Assembly (NCBI GenBank): GCA_049724395.1
Contig: JAUGWO010000142.1
Location: 246,918-266,917, forward strand
Length of the DNA: 20,000 bases
Source: Spongospora subterranea f. sp. subterranea
Lineage: Eukaryota
Direction of reading: 5' to 3'
Positions 11,167-20,000 of the stretch are shown in pieces. The notes under the pieces are model-generated. The model was not told where the DNA came from. It did no database searches and worked only from the letters and a program-made list of their open reading frames with translations. The translations under genes and the position numbers were made by a program. The first letter of the stretch is position 1. The number at the start of each line of letters is the position of its first letter.

Positions 11167-12441
11167 ATGTCACAGCAATTGGCAATACGGCAACTGGTCG
11201 CCCGGCGAAAACGCAACAGTGCAATTCGCCAAATTCTCAGCTGGTACTGCTGGAGATATTTGATCAAGCAGCCCAGTCATACCTCCATTTTAAAAGGGGC
11301 AGGCTGGGTTGAAGAACTTTTGAACGGCAATCCTCACAGAAGAAAACATGTTATTCGTATGGATCGAGTCGTTTTTCGATTATTGGTGGACAAGCTGGTT
11401 GAATCTGGGCTACTACAACCCACTCGTAATGTCTCCTCCGAAGAGCAGGTAGTCATGTTCTTGTATTTTGCGGGCCAAAGGGCAACTAATAGGCAAATGC
11501 AGGAGAGATTTCAGCATTCGGGAGAGACTATAACTAGGTAATTTTTTCCATAAATCTTCAGAGCAATATTTCATTTTTTATTCTAGGCATTTATACGCAG
11601 TCGTCAGAGCTTTGGTGGCTTTGGCCTCAACTTACATAAAGCTTCCGGAAGCAGATGCCGCGATTTCTTGTGAAATATCTGAAAATCCCAAATTCAGCCC
11701 TTATTTTGACAATTGTCGGATGGCCATAGATGGTACTCATTTACCTGTATTTGTTCCCGCCAATGTTGCTCAACGGTTCCGAGGCCGAAAAGGATTGACG
11801 CAGAATGTGTTGGCTGCTTGCACTTTTGATTTACAATTTACATACGTCTTGGCTGGCTGGGAGGGCACGGCAGGGGACGGCAAATTGCTTGAAAATGCTC
11901 TTGTGAATGATTACCGAGTTGATAAAGGAAAGTTTGACCTGGGAGATGCTGGTTTTGCGTTGACTCCTTACATGCTAACTCCCTACAGAGGGACGAGATA
12001 TCATCTTCATGAATGGGGACAAGGAACACAGAAGTGAGAACGTCTAGAACTTTGTATGAACCGTGACTCAATTTTTGTTGTAGGCCACAGACTAAGGAAG
12101 AGCTTTTTAACCTCAGGCACGCAAGTTTGCGCAATTGCATTGAGAGGATATTTGGAGTTTTGAAAAATCGATTTCCTGTGTTGGTCGCCGCCATGCAATA
12201 CCCGTACCGATTTCAAGTTGATATCGTAATTGCACTGTGTACAGTTCATAATTTTATCCGATTGCACGGCGGCCGCAATGATTCCTTTGAACAAAAAGCT
12301 TTAGCCTTAGACATTCAACGATCTACAATTAAAAACGTGTCACCGTGTTCTGCCCAGGCCAGTGCTGAGGCGCGAGCATTTCGGGACGAAATTGCTGAAA
12401 CGATGTTTAAGGATTACCAAAGCTATTTAGCACGACACTGA
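11167..12441 (+). CDS. Harbinger DDE transposase (DDE_Tnp_4, HARBI1-like); exons 11167-11537, 11587-12033, 12084-12441
   Basis: Two ~50-nt GT-AG introns give a continuous frame with ERFQHSGET, AIDGTH, LAGWEG, GDAGF, PYRGTRYHL and FNLRHASLRNCIERIFGVLKNRF. Confidence 0.93.
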
Positions 12442-12760
12442 CGGCGACAATAGAAAAATTAATGACTAATTTAAATACACTTCAACTGTCTAAACAGCCA
12501 CAGGCGCCGCATCGCTGGTTTCATATGAATAAACAGAGTTGCCTTTTTTTCGTCCGCGATCACATCGTAAGCATCTAGGCGCTCTTCATCTGTCATCTCC
12601 AGTTCATCAACAATCGCCAGCGCATCAACCGTGTCCGAGTTTTCTTTCCGAAATACATTGCTGGTTTTGAAAAACTCCAACTCTTGCTGGGACAAGAGAT
12701 TTGCCTGGGTCATTACTTGCGCCAGAGCCATGGCCCCGTTTTGTTTGCTCTTAGCAACAC

Positions 12761-13430
12761 GCAGTCTCTCTTGGTTCCTGTCTGTCCCTGTTGGTGGCAG
12801 GCATTTGGTATGGTATGGTATACAAAGGATCGCGGGTTCTTATGGGTTGAGTAAGCCTGTGTACTACCAGGCTTTCCCTACTTCCGCCTGGCCGCTACAA
12901 GTAGCTTGGGTATTGGGTATCCATTTTTATGGAACCTGATTACATTGCCTTCCAGACCAGCTGGCTCTCCCACGTAGTAAGACCTTCGTGCTCAACATTC
13001 ATTCTACTTTTCCGTATTGGATGCAAGTCTCCCAAAATTCCATCACTCACGGGGTTTCGAACTCATGTCCCACACTCACCCGGACATTGCCACCAACAGG
13101 GACAGACAGGAACCAAGCTCCAATACGGAAAAGTAGAGTGAATGTTGAGCACGAAGGTCTGACCACGTGGCCTCTAATGAATGTGGGAGAGCGAGCTGCT
13201 TGCAGTAAACTCGGAAACTCTGGATAGGCAATGTAATCAGGTGGGGGCAGGTCCCATTCGGTGTGGTCGTTAGGACAGATTATGTTGCTGAATCCAGCTG
13301 GTCTAATAGGTTCCTTCATTGGATACCCAAGCTACTTGTAGCGGCCAGGCGGAAGTAGGGAAAGCCTGGTAGTACACAGGCTTACTCAACCCATAAGAAC
13401 CCGCGATCCTTTGTATACCATACCATACCA
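12761..13430 (+). mobile_element. SINE-like retroposon with (TACCA)3 tail, containing an inverted shorter family member
   Basis: 10-bp TSD TTAGCAACAC (12751-12760, 13431-13440); pentamer-repeat 3' tail; colinear with the copy at 19731-20000. Confidence 0.8.
12806..13117 (-). mobile_element. Inverted, internally deleted copy of the same SINE-like family (312 bp)
   Basis: Minus strand reads CTTGGTTCCTGTCTG...GAGTTCGAAACCCC...(TACCA)3; 12806-12913 is a perfect 108-bp inverted repeat of 13323-13430. Confidence 0.82.
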
Positions 13431-14649
13431 TTAGCAACACATTTTTTGGATGTGTTCGCGCTGGATGTAGACTTTGGAGTCTGAAGCTTTTTTATGGTCG
13501 GGGCTGGAGACGTCATAATTATTTCTCGAGTCGGGGTTCGCTTCTCCGATGCAGAAGAGCCCGACCTGCTGTTAGACGAAATATCTACGGAAACATCGGA
13601 GGAAATAGAAATCCTCCTGGTCCGATAACGCTCTGGCGCCGGCAGAATAAGTGAATTCCCCGTTTGCGATAACGTCTTCAAACAGTTGCTGAAGTAACGG
13701 GAACAATGGCATGGATGTTGTCATCCATTTTTTACACCTCGGATGTGCCTAAACGATGGTTATCAAAAATGGTTGCTGTTACGACCTCAACACCATACGG
13801 CGATGTATTCCTCCCAAACAAGAGTAGGTGCTGTGGCCAGATACCGACGGTCATCCCATCCGAACCCACTCAGGTTTTTGATTCTATTTACTGTATCAAA
13901 ATCCCTTTTCAGCTGATACTGCCATTTAATACTTAAACACGATTCTAGCCATGCAGCACGTGCGGTGATTGAACAGGTGCTCCCGATCATAATTGATTTG
14001 GAACCTGTTATTCAAAATTTTGACGGCGACATCCCACGCCTCCCGTTTGAAGCCAGATTGCGCCCTTTTGCCAAGAACATTCGCTTGATGAATCATTTCT
14101 GAGATCCAACATTCGTCCATGTCGTTTGTCCAGCTGGCTCGAACACGATCAGCGCCCATGATGAACCACGGAGACCCCAATATTTAACCCATGATAATTC
14201 CGTGGGTTTAAGTCCTTGATATTTGACATCCAGACACCCCTATCATTTCAAACTCATGGGTTTCGGATAAATCATGGGTGACACGGAGTTTTATCACGAT
14301 ATTATGCGTCATCCAGACACACCCTTAGGTATATAAGGACCCGGCCTTGTGCCATCATAGTACCTTTTGGGTCAGTTGGTAACTGTGTATCTCGGGCGCA
14401 GTTCCTAACACAAAGCAGCTTCTTTCGCCGAAAAATTCTTCTTCCTATCTCTATTTTTGCTTGGACACTGGAGCTGCTGGACAGAGCCATGGTTGCATGC
14501 GACCAGATCCATATTAGAGAAGAACTAATATGTGGGTTCAAACCCTTATCGTTTTTGAGGCAATCTTCTGTCTTGCATTTGACGGGGTTGCGCCGACTAT
14601 AACAAACTACTTTAGCCTTGGCTATCTGGCTGTGTAGTTTACACCCAAG

Positions 14650-14797
14650 TATTGCGCCCGGCAACTATCGGGGACACCGATCCCCGACAACCGCTAAACG
14701 ACGGGTACGACGACGACGAAAAAACTAGACTGGTTTATTACACCGGAAAAAAGCTCCATAAACATGCGCCACGGTGACAGCGCTGACTGGCGCTACA
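14650..14797 (-). repeat. 3' LTR of the gypsy element (148 bp, TG...TA)
   Basis: Matches 19448-19625 except for a 30-bp indel. Confidence 0.93.
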
Positions 14798-17700
14798 CTG
14801 CCTTCCTCCGATAACGAGGAACTGCAGCTCCTTCAAGACTGAACAGCATATCACCAGATGAGGCGAGATATCCTTTTTTTAGCTCGGATGAAAGAAAAAC
14901 AGGCGCTTCTTGATATAAATGGAGAAGAGGTTCCCACGAGTTATGCAGTTGATCAAAACCTTTCCATGAAACTAACAATTCCCAGATACCGGTTCCACTT
15001 TGTCTACTGTTGATTAACTTGTCGATCATGAAACCTTGCCCATCATGAGCTACTTGCTCCAGTAGTTCTTCGGTAATATTCAATGATGCGTCTGAATAAA
15101 ATCGGAGTCTGATAGCATGAATATCAGAAATGGATTTGGTAACAAGGTGTTGAACTCGAAAAATATGATCTGATATAACAGCTGTTATACAGTGGGGTCC
15201 TGTCCACCGTACCGAAAGTTTTGATCCGGTCTTGTGTAGCGTATTGGCAACCAAGACATAATCACCTAAGGAAAAATTCGGAATAGGCGCCTTTCGCTTA
15301 CGATTTAAACGATCTCGACGGTCCTGGCGATGAGCGATCACCTTTTTATGCATCTGGTCTAAACTGCAACGTAATTCTTGAACAATATTTTGTAGAGTAT
15401 CTGCCGAACACGGAACGGGAAGTAGTTTCTTTGATCGGGGGTCCCATACGGCATCTAGAGCAGAACTAGGTTGTAAACCCGTGAAGAGTTGTATAGCCGA
15501 AGGACGATCCTTTACAACTGTATGATTTAGGGCATAACGGATTAACGGGATCAAACAGGGCCAGTCGGAAAATTTTAAACGGAACTCCGATATCAAAGCT
15601 CGAAAAACTCGCAATATGTGAGCATTGATTACCTCGATAGTACCGTTTGACCACGGGCAGTAGGCAAGCGTGAAATGATGACGCACATGCAGATGAAGCG
15701 ATAACTCCTCAATGACTTGATTTAGGAAATGCGATCCACGATCAGAAACCCACGTAGTTACGACACCATAACGAGAAAACCAATCAACCAGACATTCAGC
15801 GGTGAAAAATGATGTCGGTTCTTCACATGGATACAAATCAATATAGGAGGATAAATCGTCCCGAATAACCAGCAGATATTTAAATGAAGATCGGGAAGGT
15901 GCAATGTATACGAAATCAAAATGAATGATCTGATTTGCACAAGATGCATGAAGAGCTTCGCCAAAAGGGCGAGGGATACTATTACCCCCAGCATTAACTG
16001 TGCAATGGAGGCATTGAAGGCAGAAACACGACACATCATCAATTAAAGTGGTCCAAAAAAAACGGTCTTGTAAGGCATTTCGAGTAGCTTGCGTTCCTCG
16101 GTGACCGGAACTTCCGCAATGCGCAATGATCAATAATCGAAGTTGAAGTTCGACAGCTTCAGTGGGAATCCATATAATATTGCCCGAATCTAAAAAGAGA
16201 TCTTTGCGGTGAAACCCTGGTGAAAACATGCCCTTTCTCCTTAATAAACGATGATTCTTGCAAAACAGCGTCAAAAGCTTTACTCTGGGTTATCAGAATT
16301 TCCGACAAGGACGGCCATAAAAAATCGGGTTGTTGTAATGGTTGAATGAGAGGTACTGATGCCGAAATTCGATTGATACAAAGTGTACTGTCCTGCCTTT
16401 GTCGAGCCCATCGTGACCCGAGATCAGCCCAAACATTGTCTTCACCGGAAATTCCTTCAATGACATAGGCTTTACCATCTAAACGAAGTCGCCACCGATG
16501 GATCTTATCCAGAGAGTGTCGTCGAAGAAAAACGCCAGAAGATTGCGGATCATATAGGAACACTAAATTACGATGATCTGTAAAAATACGAAAAGGATGC
16601 ACCCCTGTACAAAGAAGATAATCAAACTGGCCGACCGCATGTTGAATTGGGAACGCTTCTTTCTCAGGAACAGACCATTGTAAAGAAGATCGTTTAAATT
16701 CTCCACTGCAGAAGGCAAGAGGTTCATGTCGTTGATCCTTAAAAGGAAGAGAAAGATCCTCAAACGGCACTTGCGTGATCGTAACCATCCAAAACTGCTT
16801 ACTCGCATCGGTAAATAAGCACGGAACATAATCTTCCTTTGGATACGCCAAAGTAACAGCTTCCCTGATTGACTCAATAACAGTTTGAAAAGCCAGGGAA
16901 AAGTCATCATTCCAACCAACATCCTTTAGCACGACTCGGGCGGCCGATTTCTTTGTCCGCAATGTCAAACCTGAGAAAACGTTTTCCAAAATTTGTCGTA
17001 AAGGAGCAATCACACATGAAAAATTTGGGATAGATGATGATAGCCACGTCACTGCACATACAAATTGCATGAGATGAGCTCCAGTTGTTGGTAGTTGGAA
17101 ATTGATTAAGGCCTGAATTCGAGCGGGATCATGACTAATACCCGTCGCAGAATATATTCGACCGCACCATTTGGCACATAATAGGAAAAACTCGCACTTA
17201 ATGACATTGAGCTTGAGATTAAACTGTCGACATCTCTCAAAAACCTCTCTTAAAAACAATAATAGATCTTTAAAACTCAAGGCGAATCCCAAAACGTCAT
17301 CAAGCCATACTAAAAGTTTGTTAGGCACCATTTCGTGAAATATTTCGTACATTCCTCGCTGAAACGCAAACACTCCATTGCTGTTTCCTTGTGCCAGTCT
17401 GGTAGGAGTATAAACACCAAAGGGGGTAATGAAACTTTGGCACTCAAGATAGCCAGAAACGGGGAACTGCCAATAACCTTTAAATGCATCCAGAGTGAAA
17501 AAACACGACGAACCAGAGATGTAAGAGCCCAAGGTGTGCAGGTATGGCATCGGAAATTGCTGAGGTTGAAGACACTTATTCACTGGAATCATATCCACCA
17601 CCATCCTTGGTTTCGTCTCCGCATTTACAACAAACGCCGGAAGAGCCCAAGACGACTGGTAGTTGTGATAGATAAGATTGCACGCTGTTAACTCATGCAC

Positions 17701-18489
17701 TAACGTCTGAAGATACTGAGAGGCCAACGGAGACATACGTCGTGGTTTCGCAAAAATCGGAATGGAACCCGGTTTCAAAACTAACTCCAAGGGTGTGACT
17801 TTGACAGGCGGATCCTTTCCTAGATGAATACGAAAAATGTCAATAAATTCGGTAAGCAAAACACCAAGATCTTTGGAAAACTCAGGAGGAGCCCCCATGT
17901 TTACAGTTTGTTGAACACGATCATTTAAGACTTGTCGAAGTTCTGCGTCATTGTTGTCTCCCAAAATACTTTCCGGAAAGTCCTTGTCCATGTCATCGTG
18001 GCAATCAGGTTCCTTTTCACTTTCTTTGATAGCCAGCGAGCATAGCTGGGATTCAACATCAATTCCCAATCGGCGTAACAGAGGTCTTCCCAATAAAACT
18101 TCAGGCATCTCGTCATCAATTACATAAAACCGTTGCGCACGAATTATGATTGGCCCCGCATTAGTAAAAATTGTGACATCCAGAAGACAACTTTTCTTAC
18201 AAGCGAGATAGGTAGTATTCGCTAAACGTAATTGAAGTTTTTCCGACCGAACAGGGACTGTGGACAGACTCCGAAAATGGTTTGACCCAATTATTACCAA
18301 ATCGGCACCGTCATCCACAGCTGCGCGAAACGTTTCTGAAATAGTGGTTCCAGACGACAGTAGAACTTCAAATCCTCCTTTCTCTACTGTCGTCTGGTTA
18401 TGATAAAGTGTTGTTGACTCGCGACATTCGAGAATGTTCACGAACTCGGACATCCTGCTTATCCGAAGCAGGAAGGTCGAAAGCAACAT
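14793..18489 (-). CDS. Gypsy pol (protease, RT, RNase H, integrase, chromodomain), frameshifted between RNase H and integrase (~16170-16270)
   Basis: VDDGAD; LDAFKGYWQ; WLDD; FTDAS, EKEAFP, IFTDHRNL, NVWADLGSR; H..GH...CLQCLHC, HFDF, SDRGSHF, NGTIE; WTGPH; LVSWKGF...NSWEP. The stop codon lies inside the 3' LTR. Confidence 0.94.
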
Positions 18490-19409
18490 GGGGACGGGAC
18501 GTTCTCACAGCAGACTGACCTCTGGGAAGTTGCGATTGTTTCCATCGGGAGTTGTTGGAGGCTTCGTCTTCTGCAGCAATAATCGCTTTCAATATCGACA
18601 AAGCTTCGTTTGCCAAGGCAAACATTTCCGACAGCTTCAATACTTTCCTCGCGTTGAGTCGTAACAATTCAGCATAAAGCCGTGTTTTGAAACGCAGAGT
18701 CCGGAGAAATAAACGACAGCAATTTGACTCAGACATGGAAAAATCCGGTAAAAATTGTTTCGCTTGATGGAAATACTGAGAGTATCTTAGAATATAATCC
18801 GGTAGTGATTCTCTTTCATTCGGTAAAGAATTTTCCAACTTGTTTCGGAGGGCATCCTCCAGCGTCCCAGGATCAGCAGTAGAAGCGTACCAGACGGCCA
18901 TCTTATCGAGCAAAAGCGACGACGACATCACCGGCTCATTGAAAGCGCGATCTTGAAGCCGCTCCAGTTAAGCACCGGTACAACGCATCTCGACGCATAT
19001 CGTCGGATGCTGACAAGGTCAACCTTTCAAATCGGCTTCTAAAAGACGAAAATTTGAAAGCTCGTGTGATTAAAATATCCGAATCATCAAGAAGGTTTAC
19101 ATCTCGAGTACCCATATATCGACTGGCATCGTCAGATGAAACAATCTCCGAGAACTTCGGTAAATCTGAAAAATTAATGGGCTTTGAAGTTTCAGTTACC
19201 ACATTTTCAGTCGACTTCGATTTATCCGAAAACCCTTTCATTAACGCCATCATTTGCTCCGTCAAAAGTTGATTTTGGCGAGTTTGCTCGAATAAAAGCT
19301 CGATTAGTCGTTGCTGGTCAGACGCGGCTTCAGCCGTTGCAGAGATCGCTTTTTGCTCCTCATCAATATCAGTAGTCACTTCAAGTTCAGGTGAATTTCT
19401 AGTCTTCAT
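18398..19409 (-). CDS. Gypsy gag-like protein in two frames (19409-18936 and 18931-18398)
   Basis: Lies between the 5' LTR and the protease; coiled-coil-like N-terminus; ESLPDYILRY resembles the retrotransposon capsid motif. Confidence 0.75.
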
Positions 19410-19447
19410 TTTCGTCGATAGTGCTGGGTTGAAGCGTTATTGGCCAA

Positions 19448-19625
19448 TATTGCGCCCGGCAACTATCGGGGACACCGATCCCCGACAACCGCTAAACGAC
19501 GGGTACGACGACGACGACGAACTAAACGACGGACACGACGACGACGAAAAAACTAGACTGGTTTATTACACCGGAAAAAAGCTCCATAAACATGCGCCAC
19601 GGTGACAGCGCTGACTGGCGCTACA
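19448..19625 (-). repeat. 5' LTR of the gypsy element (178 bp)
   Basis: Direct repeat of 14650-14797 with an extra CTAAACGACGG..(GAC)n unit. Confidence 0.93.
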
Positions 19626-19730
19626 CCAAGCTGCAACTCCCTGGCTAATTTTTTAGCCAGTCGCTACACCCTTCATCGTATTTAGTGTGTATTCGCAATT
19701 AGTGTGTTACACACTAATAAGTGTGAAGTC

Positions 19731-20000
19731 CTTGGTTCCTGTCTGTCCCTGTTGGTGGCAGGCATGTCCGGGTGAGTGTTGGACATGAGTTCGAAACCCC
19801 GTGAGTGATGGAATCTTGGGAGACCCCCCAAGGCGCTTGGTTCCTGTCTGTCCCTGTTGATGGCAGGCATGTCCGGGTGAGTGTTGGACATGAGTTCGAA
19901 ACCCCGTGAGTGATGGAATCTTGGGAGAACCCCCAAGGTAGCATCCAATACGGAAAAGTAGAGTGAACGTTGAGCACGAAGGTCTGACCACGTGGCCTCT
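19731..20000 (+). mobile_element. SINE-like element with a tandemly duplicated 105-bp head, truncated by the window end
   Basis: Units start at 19731 and 19836; B-box-like GTTCGAAAC at 19789-19797; continues into sequence near-identical to 13119-13175. Confidence 0.8.

Larger units (their letters stand above)
12471..14159 (-). pseudogene. Harbinger Myb/SANT DNA-binding gene, disrupted by a 670-bp SINE-like insertion
   Basis: RASWT...GFKREAW, SGFGWD, VWEEYIA|AHP (intron), FPLLQQLF; removing the insertion restores KKCVAKSKQNGAMALAQ in frame with the C-terminal ORF 12471-12731. Confidence 0.88.
11025..14324. mobile_element. PIF/Harbinger DNA transposon
   Basis: TTA TSD (11022-11024, 14325-14327); 15-bp imperfect TIRs GGGCCCGTCTGGATG and GGGTGTGTCTGGATG; convergent DDE transposase and Myb/SANT genes. 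Confidence 0.95.
10629..14410 (+). mobile_element. Small non-autonomous LTR element (TRIM-like, ~480 bp without the nested insert)
   Basis: TG...CA LTRs at 10629-10741 and 11004-11024 + 14328-14410, differing by a 9-bp indel; 262-bp internal region; TSD CAAAG at 10624-10628 and 14411-14415; TATATAA in the LTR. Confidence 0.92.
10050..14490 (-). pseudogene. Myb-like/NAM-associated (Harbinger ORF1-type) pseudogene split by nested insertions; pieces 14411-14490 and ~10050-10623
   Basis: Removing the insertion and one CAAAG copy gives RKKNFSAKEAALLASSRLTV*CNPIVGADQRASTFWERI, matching the NFS-x-E-x-L...W...P-x-G-x-DQ...FW motif; it continues RTQQSLQSHW...VQKF. Has stops and frameshifts; 3' end approximate. 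Confidence 0.72.
14650..19625 (-). mobile_element. Full-length Ty3/gypsy LTR retrotransposon with chromodomain integrase
   Basis: LTRs 19448-19625 (5') and 14650-14797 (3'); TSD CCAAG at 14645-14649 and 19626-19630; purine tract GGAGGAAGGCAG; order gag-PR-RT-RH-IN-chromo. Confidence 0.96.

Noticed and set aside
13323..13380. Loose resemblance to 7SL/SRP motifs (CCCAAGCTACT, GCCAGGCGGAAG)
   Set aside because: Matches are too short and no SRP fold could be built by eye.
12761..13430. Hammerhead, HDV or twister ribozyme (retrozyme or Penelope-like repeat)
   Set aside because: No CTGANGA core on either strand and no convincing HDV or twister core by eye; the self-complementarity is explained by two opposed copies of one repeat.
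18398..18489. Programmed +1 gag-pol frameshift with a nearby hairpin (CCTGCTT/AAGCAGG)
   Set aside because: No recognisable slippery motif, and the same type of shift occurs within gag and within pol, so indel error is simpler; not fully excluded.
19682..19991. Repetitive ORFs or a CRISPR-like array
   Set aside because: Only two 105-bp tandem units with no spacers, in a eukaryotic context; the ORFs are by-products of the repeat.

Overview
Eukaryotic, transposon-dominated window with short GT-AG introns; a protist or fungus-like host is likely but cannot be identified from the sequence. In order it holds: (1) a compact, very young Ty1/copia LTR retrotransposon (47-4200; identical 123-bp TA...TA LTRs, GAAAT TSD) inserted 11 bp upstream of a tRNA-Leu(CAG) gene, with a primer-binding site matching the anticodon half of tRNA-Lys(CUU); (2) a four-exon, membrane-anchored FkbM-family methyltransferase gene; (3) decayed copia relics; (4) a deep nest: a Myb/NAM-associated pseudogene split by a small, apparently self-priming LTR element, whose 3' LTR is split by a PIF/Harbinger transposon, whose Myb/SANT gene is split by a SINE-like element that itself contains an inverted SINE copy; (5) a full-length chromodomain-bearing Ty3/gypsy element (14650-19625, CCAAG TSD); (6) another copy of the SINE-like element with a duplicated 105-bp head. 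Seven frameshifts in otherwise clean ORFs can each be repaired by adding or removing one AT unit, which suggests a systematic sequence error or slippage.
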